From: Kiritimatiellia bacterium
Lineage (GTDB): Bacteria; Verrucomicrobiota; Kiritimatiellia; JAAZAB01
NCBI GenBank assembly: GCA_028718125.1
Contig: JAQUMN010000005.1
Coordinates: 3,784 to 67,783 of the forward strand
Length of the DNA: 64,000 bases
Direction: 5' to 3'
Both the position numbers and the translations under genes were made by a program. Below, in pieces: positions 19,573-28,767 of this stretch. Under the pieces are notes generated by a model. That model had not been told where the DNA came from. It saw only the letters and a program-made list of their open reading frames with translations, and searched no databases. The stretch's first letter is position 1, and every line of letters starts with the position of its first letter.

Positions 19573-20205
19573 ATGATACGGGGGATGACGGCTGTGAGTG
19601 ACGATTTTGACGCTCTTGAATATCTCAAAACACATCCTGATTGGTTCAAAAAGCCTGTACTGATAGGTATGAATCAGAATAAGGATTCGGAAGACGATTC
19701 GATTCAGGCGCGGGCAGACCGTTTCCTCCGCCGTCATCGCCCTGTCATTAATATTCAGCCGCCGATTACAATTCGGCAGTTTCGGCATATTGAAGTGCCC
19801 AATAACTGGCTGCCTTCTGGCAAGGTTAATCAAAGGCAAAATACAGCCTCTTCAATAGTACTAAAAGCCGTACGGCCATATGCCCGCAGATCTCGTACTT
19901 CAAGCTATTGGGAGGATTCAGGATGGGAACATAGAGGCACAAACCTTATCGGATACTATAAGGCTGGGGATAATTCGTATAGGGGAGCTGTAGAACTGAC
20001 GGACAGTAGCTATCGGCCCATGAAGTTCTACATCTATGATCCGCCCAGTGTCATCCTAGATGGGCCACATGGGGCATGTTATCATTGGCAAGGACTGTCG
20101 GGACTAAATAAGTACTGGATTCATTTTAGCGAGGGACCGGCAAACATAGACAGTGGAATAATTCAAATCGAGCGCTCTCTATCGGAAGCACTGGGAGTTG
20201 AATAA
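19573..20205 (+). CDS. E2-like ubiquitin-conjugating-fold protein (BilB-like)
   Basis: Position between the Ubl and JAB genes. Candidate catalytic Cys in ...LDGPHGACYHWQG. Assignment is by operon context plus a weak motif. Confidence 0.45.
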   Translation: MIRGMTAVSDDFDALEYLKTHPDWFKKPVLIGMNQNKDSEDDSIQARADRFLRRHRPVINIQPPITIRQFRHIEVPNNWLPSGKVNQRQNTASSIVLKAVRPYARRSRTSSYWEDSGWEHRGTNLIGYYKAGDNSYRGAVELTDSSYRPMKFYIYDPPSVILDGPHGACYHWQGLSGLNKYWIHFSEGPANIDSGIIQIERSLSEALGVE

Positions 20206-20225
20206 TCAAAAAAGGAAATACGAAC

Positions 20226-20915
20226 ATGGACAACGCAAAACCAAATAAAGACATGGGTATCATCTATGACTTTCTGGCAAAAACAGCTAACAGATTGGAG
20301 GCCAAATTACTGGATGCTTGCCGACAAAGTGATGAACCCATGGCGTTGAGTATTCTTACTGAATTGCTCGATGTTTCAAACGTTAAACGTGTATCGGAAA
20401 GCGCCATAGCGGATATGCCGAACGAGATCGCGATCCCGACATATATGCTGAGCACGCTCACGATTCAGGAAGCCTGCGAAGTTCTAACGAAAACCATGGA
20501 TGAAGATCTGCGGTTTGCGACAGGGCTGGTTGTTGCACCTATGAAATATGCCGTAACGCGGCTGTTGCAGTTCGAGCTGAAGAGAAAGTCTGCTGTAGCG
20601 GCAGAGGGCGATCAGCAGGCAGTGGCCCGTCTTCTGATCGGTTTGCATAATCACGATCATAAGCTGTTCATGACTTGGCACAGTCATCCTGGTTCCGGTG
20701 CGAATTCGACTATGCCATCGCCAATCGATATGGATTTCCATCGGCGACTGGAGGTCGGGAACTACCCGGTGATTGGGGGTATTGTCAATAGGCAGGGATA
20801 CGTGCGTTTCTTCTCGTACAAACGGCCGTTCAGGGTTTCGATCTATGGAAAAGGAATGGAGGTAGTAAATGAACAACACAATGTTTTTAAACTCGATACG
20901 ATCAGTGCGGTTTAA
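20226..20915 (+). CDS. JAB/JAMM metalloprotease, deubiquitinase-like (BilC-like)
   Basis: JAMM motif WHSHPGSG...S..D (HSHP...PSPIDMD) and an upstream Glu. Confidence 0.7.
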   Translation: MDNAKPNKDMGIIYDFLAKTANRLEAKLLDACRQSDEPMALSILTELLDVSNVKRVSESAIADMPNEIAIPTYMLSTLTIQEACEVLTKTMDEDLRFATGLVVAPMKYAVTRLLQFELKRKSAVAAEGDQQAVARLLIGLHNHDHKLFMTWHSHPGSGANSTMPSPIDMDFHRRLEVGNYPVIGGIVNRQGYVRFFSYKRPFRVSIYGKGMEVVNEQHNVFKLDTISAV

Positions 20916-21678
20916 TTCCAACGGTTTTCATCCTGAGAAATTGGAGGAAGGCCAGAAATCTGCAACGGCCAGCCAGGAGCAGTTGCCGGGATTCAATCAG
21001 CAGAACCTTCGGAACGCCCGGATTCAGATGATTGGATGTGGCGGCATTGGCGGTTCCATTTTGGACAACCTTGTGCGGAAGGGATGTGGACACGTTGATG
21101 TTTACGATGGTGACGATGTTGAACTTGGCAATCTCGGACGGCAGAAGTTTTTCCCGTCCGATGTCGGGAAAAACAAAGCGCTCTGCGGTGCGCGAAACGC
21201 CATGCCCCATGCTTCCTGGCCGACCGAGATTGTTGCTCATCCCGTGTGGTTTGAGGATGCGGTGAACCATGGCATGGTCGGCGGCGCGAGTGCCGCGATT
21301 GTGGGGCCTGACAGGGATAGCACAAGGGTCTATTCCAGCAGGTACTTCTATAAAATGTGCCCGGTACTCTTTGTGGGGATCGGTACACGCGCCGAACATG
21401 GATACGTGTTTGTGCAGAAGCCTGGCGAGGCATGTTTTGCATGTCTTTTTCCTGATGCCACGACAAACAAACGTGCACCGTGTCCTGGCACACCGGCGAT
21501 GATTGACATCCTGCTGGTTACCGCCGGGCTCGTGCTTACGGCATTGGATGCTCTCCTGATGCCGGGGCGAAAGATCAATTGGAATTATTGGGATATCTAT
21601 CCGTCTGGAGCCATTTTAACGCAGCCATTGACTATTGAACGGCGGAAGGATTGCCCGATATGCGGGAAGTTCGGTTAA
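20869..21678 (+). CDS. E1-like ThiF/MoeB-family adenylyltransferase (BilD-like)
   Basis: IQMIGCGGIGGSILDNLVRKGCGHVDVYDGDDVELGNLGRQ Rossmann/ThiF motif. Zn-site CFAC...CPIC. GGAGG RBS. Overlaps the JAB gene by 47 nt. Confidence 0.8.
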   Translation: MNNTMFLNSIRSVRFNSNGFHPEKLEEGQKSATASQEQLPGFNQQNLRNARIQMIGCGGIGGSILDNLVRKGCGHVDVYDGDDVELGNLGRQKFFPSDVGKNKALCGARNAMPHASWPTEIVAHPVWFEDAVNHGMVGGASAAIVGPDRDSTRVYSSRYFYKMCPVLFVGIGTRAEHGYVFVQKPGEACFACLFPDATTNKRAPCPGTPAMIDILLVTAGLVLTALDALLMPGRKINWNYWDIYPSGAILTQPLTIERRKDCPICGKFG

Positions 21679-21688
21679 GCATACTCAT

Positions 21689-22054
21689 ATGGAGGCGGTT
21701 ATCATGATTATTCTTTACATGTTTCTATCGGCAATGTGTGCCTTGGGACTTGTCTATCTGCTTGAAATTGGATGGATCAATCGTCCGCCTTATATTGCGA
21801 CCCAGTGGCCGAAGGGACGGGCGATGCGATTCATGTGGACGGCAAGCGGCATCGTTTTGGCAATCAGTCATATCCCCTTGGGGATCCTGGCGGCTCTTGC
21901 CTGCCTGCCCGTGTGCCTGGCTCACCTGTCGTTGGTGGATCGAAATCCCGCGATAAGAATTGGCGTGGGTGAAGTGTTCGGACAAATCTGTCAGATGACG
22001 AAGGCATCATTCCGCCGGTTCATGGATCGAACCCGAATCGGACCTCACTGCTGA
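21689..22054 (+). CDS. small membrane protein
   Basis: 3 predicted TM helices (IMIILYMFLSAMCALGLVYLL, ...GIVLAISHIPLGILAALACLPVCLA). Confidence 0.4.
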   Translation: MEAVIMIILYMFLSAMCALGLVYLLEIGWINRPPYIATQWPKGRAMRFMWTASGIVLAISHIPLGILAALACLPVCLAHLSLVDRNPAIRIGVGEVFGQICQMTKASFRRFMDRTRIGPHC

Positions 22055-22067
22055 ATCGAGGTAAAAC

Positions 22068-22451
22068 GTGGGCACATTATCATCAATCAATGTCCTGTTG
22101 GTCGTAATAATCGGCGTTGTTACCGCGATAGTCAGTTGGCGGGTGTTGTGCCAGGCACTGAAGTTTAAGAACCCGGTCCTAGGGATATGTGTTGGCGCTC
22201 TGACAGGTTTGGGTTTGGCAACGAATATAGGAGGAACTATGTCTGCACTCTTGATTCCCTACGCGGCGCTCGGGATTGCGATTATCTTGATGTTTCTTAT
22301 GGCCCCGTTTCTGAACCGAAAGAAGGACAAGGAAAAGAAGTCGTTATCGCCTGAGCCCACAAATAACGTGTGGAAGCCGGAAGACCCTTGGGAGCGGGAA
22401 ATTCGTCTGAATGGAAAAATGGCTGGCAAATTCAAGGCGAGAAAGCGGTAA
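22068..22451 (+). CDS. small membrane protein with Lys-rich C-terminal tail
   Basis: GTG start. 3 TM segments, then ...NRKKDKEKK.... Confidence 0.4.
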   Translation: MGTLSSINVLLVVIIGVVTAIVSWRVLCQALKFKNPVLGICVGALTGLGLATNIGGTMSALLIPYAALGIAIILMFLMAPFLNRKKDKEKKSLSPEPTNNVWKPEDPWEREIRLNGKMAGKFKARKR

Positions 22452-22491
22452 CGGGAATGGATGCTGTTTTCAAACAGGAGTTGACCCCGCA

Positions 22492-22977
22492 ATGGAAATG
22501 GATGTCGAGCATATGTCAAGGGATGCCAGGATGTGGCGGATTGGCCACATCCTGTCGAAAGGTATTTCCCTTATGCTCGCCAAGGAAATGGAGGAACGAG
22601 AAGCGCTGGCACGAAATGCACTAGCCACGCAATTCGGCGAAAACAACCGCGAAGGACAAACGACAAACTTGTGTGATGACAGCAAGGCGATCCTGGACTA
22701 TCTCAGGCGGGTGGGTCCAGCTTCACCGACTAATATCTGGCGCTACACGGGAATATCAAGGACGACCGTGTTCCGAAGGTTGAAAGAGCTGACTAAAGTT
22801 GGCTTATTGCAGAAGACGGGAAGGGATAAATCTGTGCAATATATGACGATCGGATTTGGCAATAATGATCCTAAACCCGATAATCCTTCGGCAATAAATG
22901 ACGGGAAGAGCGATTCCGGCATTAGTGCTGTGGATGGATCTGTTGAAATGCAGGATTTTACTCTAAACAAGAGATAA
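22492..22977 (+). CDS. winged-helix transcriptional regulator
   Basis: ...DYLRRVGPASPTNIWRYTGISRTTVFRRLKELTKVGLLQKTGRDKSVQY is a wHTH. Start chosen at the ATG at 22492 to avoid overlap. Confidence 0.45.
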   Translation: MEMDVEHMSRDARMWRIGHILSKGISLMLAKEMEEREALARNALATQFGENNREGQTTNLCDDSKAILDYLRRVGPASPTNIWRYTGISRTTVFRRLKELTKVGLLQKTGRDKSVQYMTIGFGNNDPKPDNPSAINDGKSDSGISAVDGSVEMQDFTLNKR

Positions 22978-24139
22978 GTTCGGAGACACGTTCTGAGTTC
23001 GGTGAAATATGGGCGCGCATGCTTGGCGTTCGAAGTAATTCCTCCAGGTTTTTGCGACTGCACGCGTGATATTTCGACATTATCCAGACAAATTCAGCCG
23101 TGTAGTCCGGGATAGCCCGAAGGAGTGAGTAACGAGCATGCCGAATATGATCATCTTCATTTGGAATCCATTTAGCGCCGCTCTTGGCCAGAATATGAAT
23201 GATTTTAATTTTCTCCCGCGACTCCGGGGTATCCACATTCCTCTGTCTGGCACTTGAATAAAGACTAAAAGAATAACCTAGTCCCGAAAGAAGGTTTTGG
23301 ATTGCTGAACATCCTCCGTTAGATTGATCGTTCGGGTTGACTCCGCATTCCAAAAGATACGTGATTAAGGCGGATGCATTCTCACCATGCGCGTATCGAA
23401 TTGCACTGGCAATAGCCGGATGTTTCGGATCGATTCTGATCTGTCTCATTCGAAAAACGTCATAATGTTCATATAGGGCGGCATATTCTAAGGCGCTTAT
23501 ACCATCCTCTGCGTCCTCTTCGTGTTCAGGATCAACAGGCCCGGAGGCATATAAATCGGCTCCTGCCCATACCATCAAGGAAATCCATTTCATATTGCCT
23601 TCCTTGCAATGATAACGAAGGGCAATGTTAATCTGTTGCTGGAAAGATGGAAATCGAGCCTTGTATTTGATTGCTATCTTCAAGGCAGTACGAATTCTGG
23701 AGCAAAGGGCTTGGGCGAGAGGATTCCCCGTGTCGACATCAGCGCCCCGTTCGATGAAATATTCCATAATATCGGGTTGCCAGGTCGAAAATACGTCATT
23801 CATATCTACAGATTTAGCGTTAGCACCATTTTCAACCAGAAGTCGGACCATATCGAAGCGTCTATTCCATAAGACACGAGAAAGTGCATCATACTTTTGA
23901 TTGCGCTCGATTTCGGCGCCACCTTCCAGCAAAACTTGTACAAGACTGTGGAATCCGCTTTCGATGGCATACTGTAAAGGACTTCGCGGACGTGCTCCCT
24001 TTTCCGGAGGAAGGGGTGGATTCACGGGTTTTCCTGACCTTATCCATTCCTGAACTGCAAATAGTTGGCCCGTCTTACACATCTCGATGAGGGGCTTAAC
24101 TTCTTCGTATGAGCTTGCTCTATTCATTTTTGCCACCAT
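22958..24139 (-). CDS. ankyrin-repeat protein
   Basis: Multiple ANK-like repeats (SPLQYAIESGFHSLVQVLLEGGAEI..., ISALEYAALYEHYDVF...). Confidence 0.6.
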   Translation of the reverse strand: MVAKMNRASSYEEVKPLIEMCKTGQLFAVQEWIRSGKPVNPPLPPEKGARPRSPLQYAIESGFHSLVQVLLEGGAEIERNQKYDALSRVLWNRRFDMVRLLVENGANAKSVDMNDVFSTWQPDIMEYFIERGADVDTGNPLAQALCSRIRTALKIAIKYKARFPSFQQQINIALRYHCKEGNMKWISLMVWAGADLYASGPVDPEHEEDAEDGISALEYAALYEHYDVFRMRQIRIDPKHPAIASAIRYAHGENASALITYLLECGVNPNDQSNGGCSAIQNLLSGLGYSFSLYSSARQRNVDTPESREKIKIIHILAKSGAKWIPNEDDHIRHARYSLLRAIPDYTAEFVWIMSKYHACSRKNLEELLRTPSMRAHISPNSERVSELISCLE

Positions 24140-25344
24140 ATAGAGCGCTGTTCAGATTTTTCGTCATCATCAATTTCGGCTTTGCGATCCAAAATGGATG
24201 GCGGGCTCTCAACAAGAGGATCCAGCCTATCGGCCTGTTGCTTGGCCCATTCGAGCCATTTACCGAGGTCGCTCCCGGAATCAATATTCTTGCCGTGTGT
24301 CATCGCGTTGGCTCTGACTGCAATAATATATTCCCGTAACTTTTGGCTGGCTTGCCAGTTCTTGGCTTGTTTCGAGAGTTCATCAATCTTGACCTGCTCA
24401 GCCAAGATTTGAGCAGCAAGTTCCTCGCGACGGCGTTGCTCCTCGCGTCGTTTCTGTTCTTCCAATTCCTGCTTTGCCTTGCGTTCCTCGTCCTGCCGGT
24501 GACATTCGCGAAGATATGAAGCATAAGCAATCATACCTTCGATCATGCTAAGCAAGTTGTTTTCCAAAGGCTTTTTTTTACCGTCCGACCAACGATGGCG
24601 CAATCCACTGCTAGAATAATAGTCCCGGCTGTTTCCTATCAATAGCCGAAGCTTGCCGGAGGGAGCCAATGTTGATTGGAAGGCATTATGGCGGAATGTA
24701 TAATGCCCTTTAATATCCCCAAGGTCTTTTTCAACTTGCTTTGATTCCAAGATTTCTTCGATGGCAAACGGAACATAGAATCCCATAATGCCGGCAATTG
24801 CGCCGACACCCTCGTCGCGCATGTATACCTTGTATTTGCGTGATTCCAGTCCCTTGATAAGACCATCCATGATGCGAAGGGCTCTGCGCAGGTTGTGTTT
24901 TGATACTCTAACGTCAAGGCATTCCTTGTCTTTAGGCAGGATAACTAGACCATTTTGGCCGAGTTCAGCTCTCTCCAACTGCGCTAATGTCTCATGGACG
25001 AAAGGATGGGCTCCTCGAAGGGTTTCTGGAACCGGGATCGCTTCATCTAGGGCCGCTTTCCGTAGCTCATCATTAAGTTCAGGGCTGGTCATAACAGGAT
25101 CATGCGCATGAATATCGAATTCTAGGTTATGCCCGGGATTTGGCAGATGTTCTATGGGAGGTGTCTGTCCGTTCTGTTTCTGAGCCCAATATCCACGAGG
25201 CGGCCTGGGGATGTCGTATTTCTTGCAGATTTTTGCTAACCCAACGTCGGATAAACCATATTGCTTTGATAATTTTGCCATAGGTTGCGACCACACCTGG
25301 TCGTAAAGCTGGGTCCGTGTGATATGAGCAACTTTTTGTTCCAT
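24124..25344 (-). CDS. hypothetical protein with conserved N-terminal motif and central coiled coil
   Basis: 406 aa. N-terminus ITRTQLYDQVWSQPMAKLSKQYGLSDVGLAKICKKYDIPRPPRGYWAQK. A highly charged coiled-coil segment (EERKAKQELEEQKRREEQRRREELAAQ). Confidence 0.55.
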   Translation of the reverse strand: MEQKVAHITRTQLYDQVWSQPMAKLSKQYGLSDVGLAKICKKYDIPRPPRGYWAQKQNGQTPPIEHLPNPGHNLEFDIHAHDPVMTSPELNDELRKAALDEAIPVPETLRGAHPFVHETLAQLERAELGQNGLVILPKDKECLDVRVSKHNLRRALRIMDGLIKGLESRKYKVYMRDEGVGAIAGIMGFYVPFAIEEILESKQVEKDLGDIKGHYTFRHNAFQSTLAPSGKLRLLIGNSRDYYSSSGLRHRWSDGKKKPLENNLLSMIEGMIAYASYLRECHRQDEERKAKQELEEQKRREEQRRREELAAQILAEQVKIDELSKQAKNWQASQKLREYIIAVRANAMTHGKNIDSGSDLGKWLEWAKQQADRLDPLVESPPSILDRKAEIDDDEKSEQRSIWWQK

Positions 25345-25434
25345 AATTATCTCCTAGATATTCTGTTATGCCATAATTTAAACAATCAGCACAGAATATG
25401 AGGGATGCGAGTAAAATAAAGATGAAATTTCCCT

Positions 25435-25458
25435 GGTTGGGTCTGTTGGGACTCATTT
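25435..25458. promoter_or_regulatory. conserved 24-bp motif (copy 1) downstream of ParB-HTH-like gene, upstream of the next gene
   Basis: GGTTGGGTCTGTTGGGACTCATTT. 23 of 24 identical to 30488-30511. Both copies lie 91-105 bp upstream of the next minus-strand gene start. Confidence 0.35.
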
Positions 25459-25510
25459 GGTGCCTCGAAAAAAAGGCACAGGACGAGTTTCTCGGAGGGC
25501 TAAGGTCACT

Positions 25511-25945
25511 TTAAGTGGTACTGATCGACACGATTGTCTGGTGCTCCTGGCGTATTTTTTCGAATGCGCTCTGGCGAGCAGAGACAGTTCTTTTTGCAAG
25601 AATGCAGCGCAGTCTATTTGCAGAGAAATGGCGCAGTTCTTGCCGCGTTTTGAGGGTTGCGACATAGCTGATAACTTCTTCTGGGAGGTTCAAAAGATTC
25701 ATAATTTGTGTTACATTAGCTCGAGAAATGCCGTTTTCCCTGGCGATTCTAGCTCTGGTTAGTTCCGGATCAGCTAGCAGGGCCTTCTGCCAAGCAAGAG
25801 CGGTTTGTACGGGGTTCTTGGACGTGCCGGGCAAAGATGATTCGGGCACGTTTGGCCTTGTGGCTTGCTCGTAGGCTACGACCGGATATGGGAAAGGATG
25901 CGCAATAAACGGACGCGCGCCCCACCTGGGAAATGGGATGCCCAT
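25511..25945 (-). CDS. ParB-HTH-like small DNA-binding protein (paralog A)
   Basis: IARENGISRANVTQIMNLLNLPEEVISYV resembles the ParB/Spo0J HTH (..SHVANLLRLLELPEEV..). N-terminus MGIPFPRWGARPFIAHP is shared with paralog B. Confidence 0.5.
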   Translation of the reverse strand: MGIPFPRWGARPFIAHPFPYPVVAYEQATRPNVPESSLPGTSKNPVQTALAWQKALLADPELTRARIARENGISRANVTQIMNLLNLPEEVISYVATLKTRQELRHFSANRLRCILAKRTVSARQSAFEKIRQEHQTIVSISTT

Positions 25946-26286
25946 GACGATGGAGATAAGGTCATAGTTCGTATCGGGCAGCGGCCTGCGGAGCCAACCC
26001 TTTGGAAATACGAACTTCGGGTCTCATCTTCACTTCCCTATAATATTCAAGTATTTTCCGGGGAATCCTTAATCAAGTACCTGCGAAAAGTTCGTATGTC
26101 GCACTTGATGGTGCAAACAGATAACGAACATTATCGGTATCATTTGTTCTTCAGCGATCATAAATCACTTCCGTCGTTTTCCCTTCTGTTTTGTCATATC
26201 TCCATACCCCGACTGTCAGTCATCGTGGGATCCAACGAAAATAATGCCACTGGCAAGTGATCATAAGATGAGGCATATTGGTCGTC

Positions 26287-28749
26287 ATGGAAGCGAACGA
26301 CCCAAAGTCTCTCATATTACGAAATAAGATCGATACAGTTCGGCGACAATTGTACGAATTTGAATCGCAGACATTGTTGCTGAAGGATCTACTCCGACAA
26401 CTTGAAAAGCAGCAAGCCGCACGGTCAGGCCCATCAGTATCTTCCCCCACTGCGTTGGTTCAGTCACCGCTTCACTGGACGGATGACAACGTGCGATTAT
26501 TCGCCTCGCTTTTTCGTGGTCGAGAGGATGTGTTCCCACGGCGATGGGAAAGCCGAGCTGGAAAAAGCGGATATTCACCCGTTTGCAGGAATGAATGGAA
26601 GCGCAATATCTGCCCAAAGCCAAAAGGAAAGTGTCATGATTGTCTCCATAAAGATTACGTGCCGCTGACTCTGGATCACATCCGCCAGCATCTCTCCGGG
26701 CGCGTGACCATCGGCGTCTATCCTCTGTTGCAAAACGAGACATGCCATTTTCTAGCGGTGGATTTCGATAAAAGCACATGGAGGGAGGATGTTACCGCAT
26801 TTATCCGGGTATGTAGCCAGCACAAAATAGCCTATGCTATGGAACGATCCCGGTCAGGCCATGGCGCACACGTTTGGTTTTTCTTCGAGCATCCTCTGCC
26901 CGCGCGGTTGGCCCGGCGTTTTGGTTGTGCACTATTGACAGAAACCATGGATACTCGTCATCAGGTCGGTTTAGATTCCTATGACCGGCTGTTTCCCAGC
27001 CAGGACACCATGCCTAAGGGCCAATTCGGCAATCTGATAGCACTTCCATTGCAAGCGGAGCCGGCTCGTTCTGGCAACAGTCTGTTTGTCGACGACCGGT
27101 TTATCCCGTTTGCCGATCAATGGGCATTTCTGAATACGATTGGACGTTTGCCCGAAACCGAAGTTCGGGCAATCGAGGAAGACGCGGCGCGACGTGGGCG
27201 CATTTTGGGTGTCCGGGCAGTGATCAGCGAAGATGACGAACAGCCCTGGAACACACCGCCTTCAGGCCAAAAACAGGTGCCTATAACCGGTCCGTTGCCA
27301 TCAACAATCGAGATCGTGTATGCCAATATGCTGTTTATACCGAAGGCGGTACTACCATCCGGCCTGATTAATCGGCTCATCCGGCTGGCCGCCATTCAAA
27401 ATCCGGAATTTTACCGAGCACAAGCCATGCGACAATCCACGTTCGGAAAACCCCGGATTATTTCGTGCGCGGAGGTATTGGAAAAATACCTCGCGTTACC
27501 AAGGGCGTGTTTAGATGACGTGCAATTGCTCCTAACCGAATTGGGTATTCACACTGTTTTATCAGACAAAAGATGTGCCGGGAAACCATTGCACGTCCAA
27601 TTCCGGGGGACGTTATCACCGGAACAAGAACAGGCGGTTAGCGCAGTTTGCGACCATGACTTTGGTGTGATCTCTGCGCCGCCGGCTTTCGGAAAAACCG
27701 TAGTCGGGGCTAAAATCATTGCCAATCATGGCGTTAACACGCTGATTCTGGTCTGTCGGCAACAGTTGTTGGACCAGTGGCGTCAACGCCTGGCCACGTT
27801 TTTAGACCTCCCGATTGAATCTATCGGGTTGATCGGGGGCGGAAAACGGAAACCAACAGGATTGATCGATGTGGCGATGATCCAATCGTTGATACGACAG
27901 GGCATTGTCGCTGATACGGTGGCAACGTATGGGCATGTTATTCTCGACGAATGTCATCACGGCTCAGCGGTGACCCACGAGTTGATCCTTCGCCAAGCGC
28001 ATGCCCGATACATTACGGGATTGACGGCGACACCCACACGGAAAGACGGACATCATCCCATCGTCTTTATGCAATGCGGCCCCATCCGTTACGCGTTAAG
28101 CGGTAAACAGTCCGCCCAACACGGACTTTTCTCCCATCGTGTCGTCACTCGACTGACCGGGACGGACACGATTGGCCCTGAAGAGCAGATTCAAATGCAG
28201 GACATCTACTCGGCCATTATACATGACGAGAACCGGACAAGTCTGATCGTCAATGACATTCGCGCGTCCATCACCAAGGGGAAAACTCCGTTAGTGCTGA
28301 CCGAACGCCGCGAACATTTGGATACTCTGGCAAAGCGCCTTACACCAGTTACCCGGCATCTAATCATCCTTCATGGGAACATGGGGATCAAACAGCGTCG
28401 GGAAATTATGGCCAGACTAGCCGCCGTACCAGAGAACGAATCTCGCATTCTGCTTTCCACCGGTAGATACATCGGTGAAGGCTTCGATGACTCACGGCTG
28501 GACTGCCTGTTTCTGACAATGCCCATCTCCTGGAAAGGTACGCTTCAGCAGTACGCCGGCCGCCTGCATCGCCTTCATCATGCCAAGCGTGAAGTCATCA
28601 TCTATGATTATGTGGATGCCAATATTCCGATTGCTCGCCGCATGTTCGAGAAGCGAAAGAAGGGGTATGCCGCTATGGGGTATGAACTGGAGGACAGTAA
28701 AATTCAGGCAGAGATACCGCTTCCGAATGACCCCTTATTGAATTTGTAG
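26287..28749 (+). CDS. primase-polymerase (AEP-like) domain fused to SF2 DEAD/DEAH helicase
   Basis: N-terminal half has a Cys/His cluster and ...VYPLLQNETCHFLAVDFDK...GHGAHVWFFF (prim-pol style). C-terminal half has helicase motifs I (ISAPPAFGKTVVG), II (VILDECHHGS), III (GLTATPTRKDG) and VI (QQYAGRLHR). The track start at 26278 is TTG; the ATG at 26287 is preferred. Confidence 0.7.
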   Translation: MEANDPKSLILRNKIDTVRRQLYEFESQTLLLKDLLRQLEKQQAARSGPSVSSPTALVQSPLHWTDDNVRLFASLFRGREDVFPRRWESRAGKSGYSPVCRNEWKRNICPKPKGKCHDCLHKDYVPLTLDHIRQHLSGRVTIGVYPLLQNETCHFLAVDFDKSTWREDVTAFIRVCSQHKIAYAMERSRSGHGAHVWFFFEHPLPARLARRFGCALLTETMDTRHQVGLDSYDRLFPSQDTMPKGQFGNLIALPLQAEPARSGNSLFVDDRFIPFADQWAFLNTIGRLPETEVRAIEEDAARRGRILGVRAVISEDDEQPWNTPPSGQKQVPITGPLPSTIEIVYANMLFIPKAVLPSGLINRLIRLAAIQNPEFYRAQAMRQSTFGKPRIISCAEVLEKYLALPRACLDDVQLLLTELGIHTVLSDKRCAGKPLHVQFRGTLSPEQEQAVSAVCDHDFGVISAPPAFGKTVVGAKIIANHGVNTLILVCRQQLLDQWRQRLATFLDLPIESIGLIGGGKRKPTGLIDVAMIQSLIRQGIVADTVATYGHVILDECHHGSAVTHELILRQAHARYITGLTATPTRKDGHHPIVFMQCGPIRYALSGKQSAQHGLFSHRVVTRLTGTDTIGPEEQIQMQDIYSAIIHDENRTSLIVNDIRASITKGKTPLVLTERREHLDTLAKRLTPVTRHLIILHGNMGIKQRREIMARLAAVPENESRILLSTGRYIGEGFDDSRLDCLFLTMPISWKGTLQQYAGRLHRLHHAKREVIIYDYVDANIPIARRMFEKRKKGYAAMGYELEDSKIQAEIPLPNDPLLNL

Positions 28750-28767
28750 TCTGAATATGGAGACTGA

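Noticed and set aside
19316-21678. Type II CBASS (Cap2/Cap3) interpretation of the E1/E2/JAB genes
   Set aside because: No CD-NTase or cyclic-nucleotide effector gene is present. E1 and E2 are separate small proteins with a dedicated Ubl gene, which fits Bil-type operons better.
25127-25456. 109-aa ORF starting within the conserved 24-bp motif (MSPNRPN...)
   Set aside because: It overlaps the start region of the 406-aa gene on the same strand in another frame. The motif copy at 30.5 kb has no equivalent ORF, so the motif is more likely regulatory DNA.
25865-26260. 131-aa plus-strand ORF between ParB-HTH paralog A and the prim-pol helicase
   Set aside because: It overlaps the ParB-HTH gene antisense and the conserved 5'UTR. 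It has no motifs and is likely promoter region.
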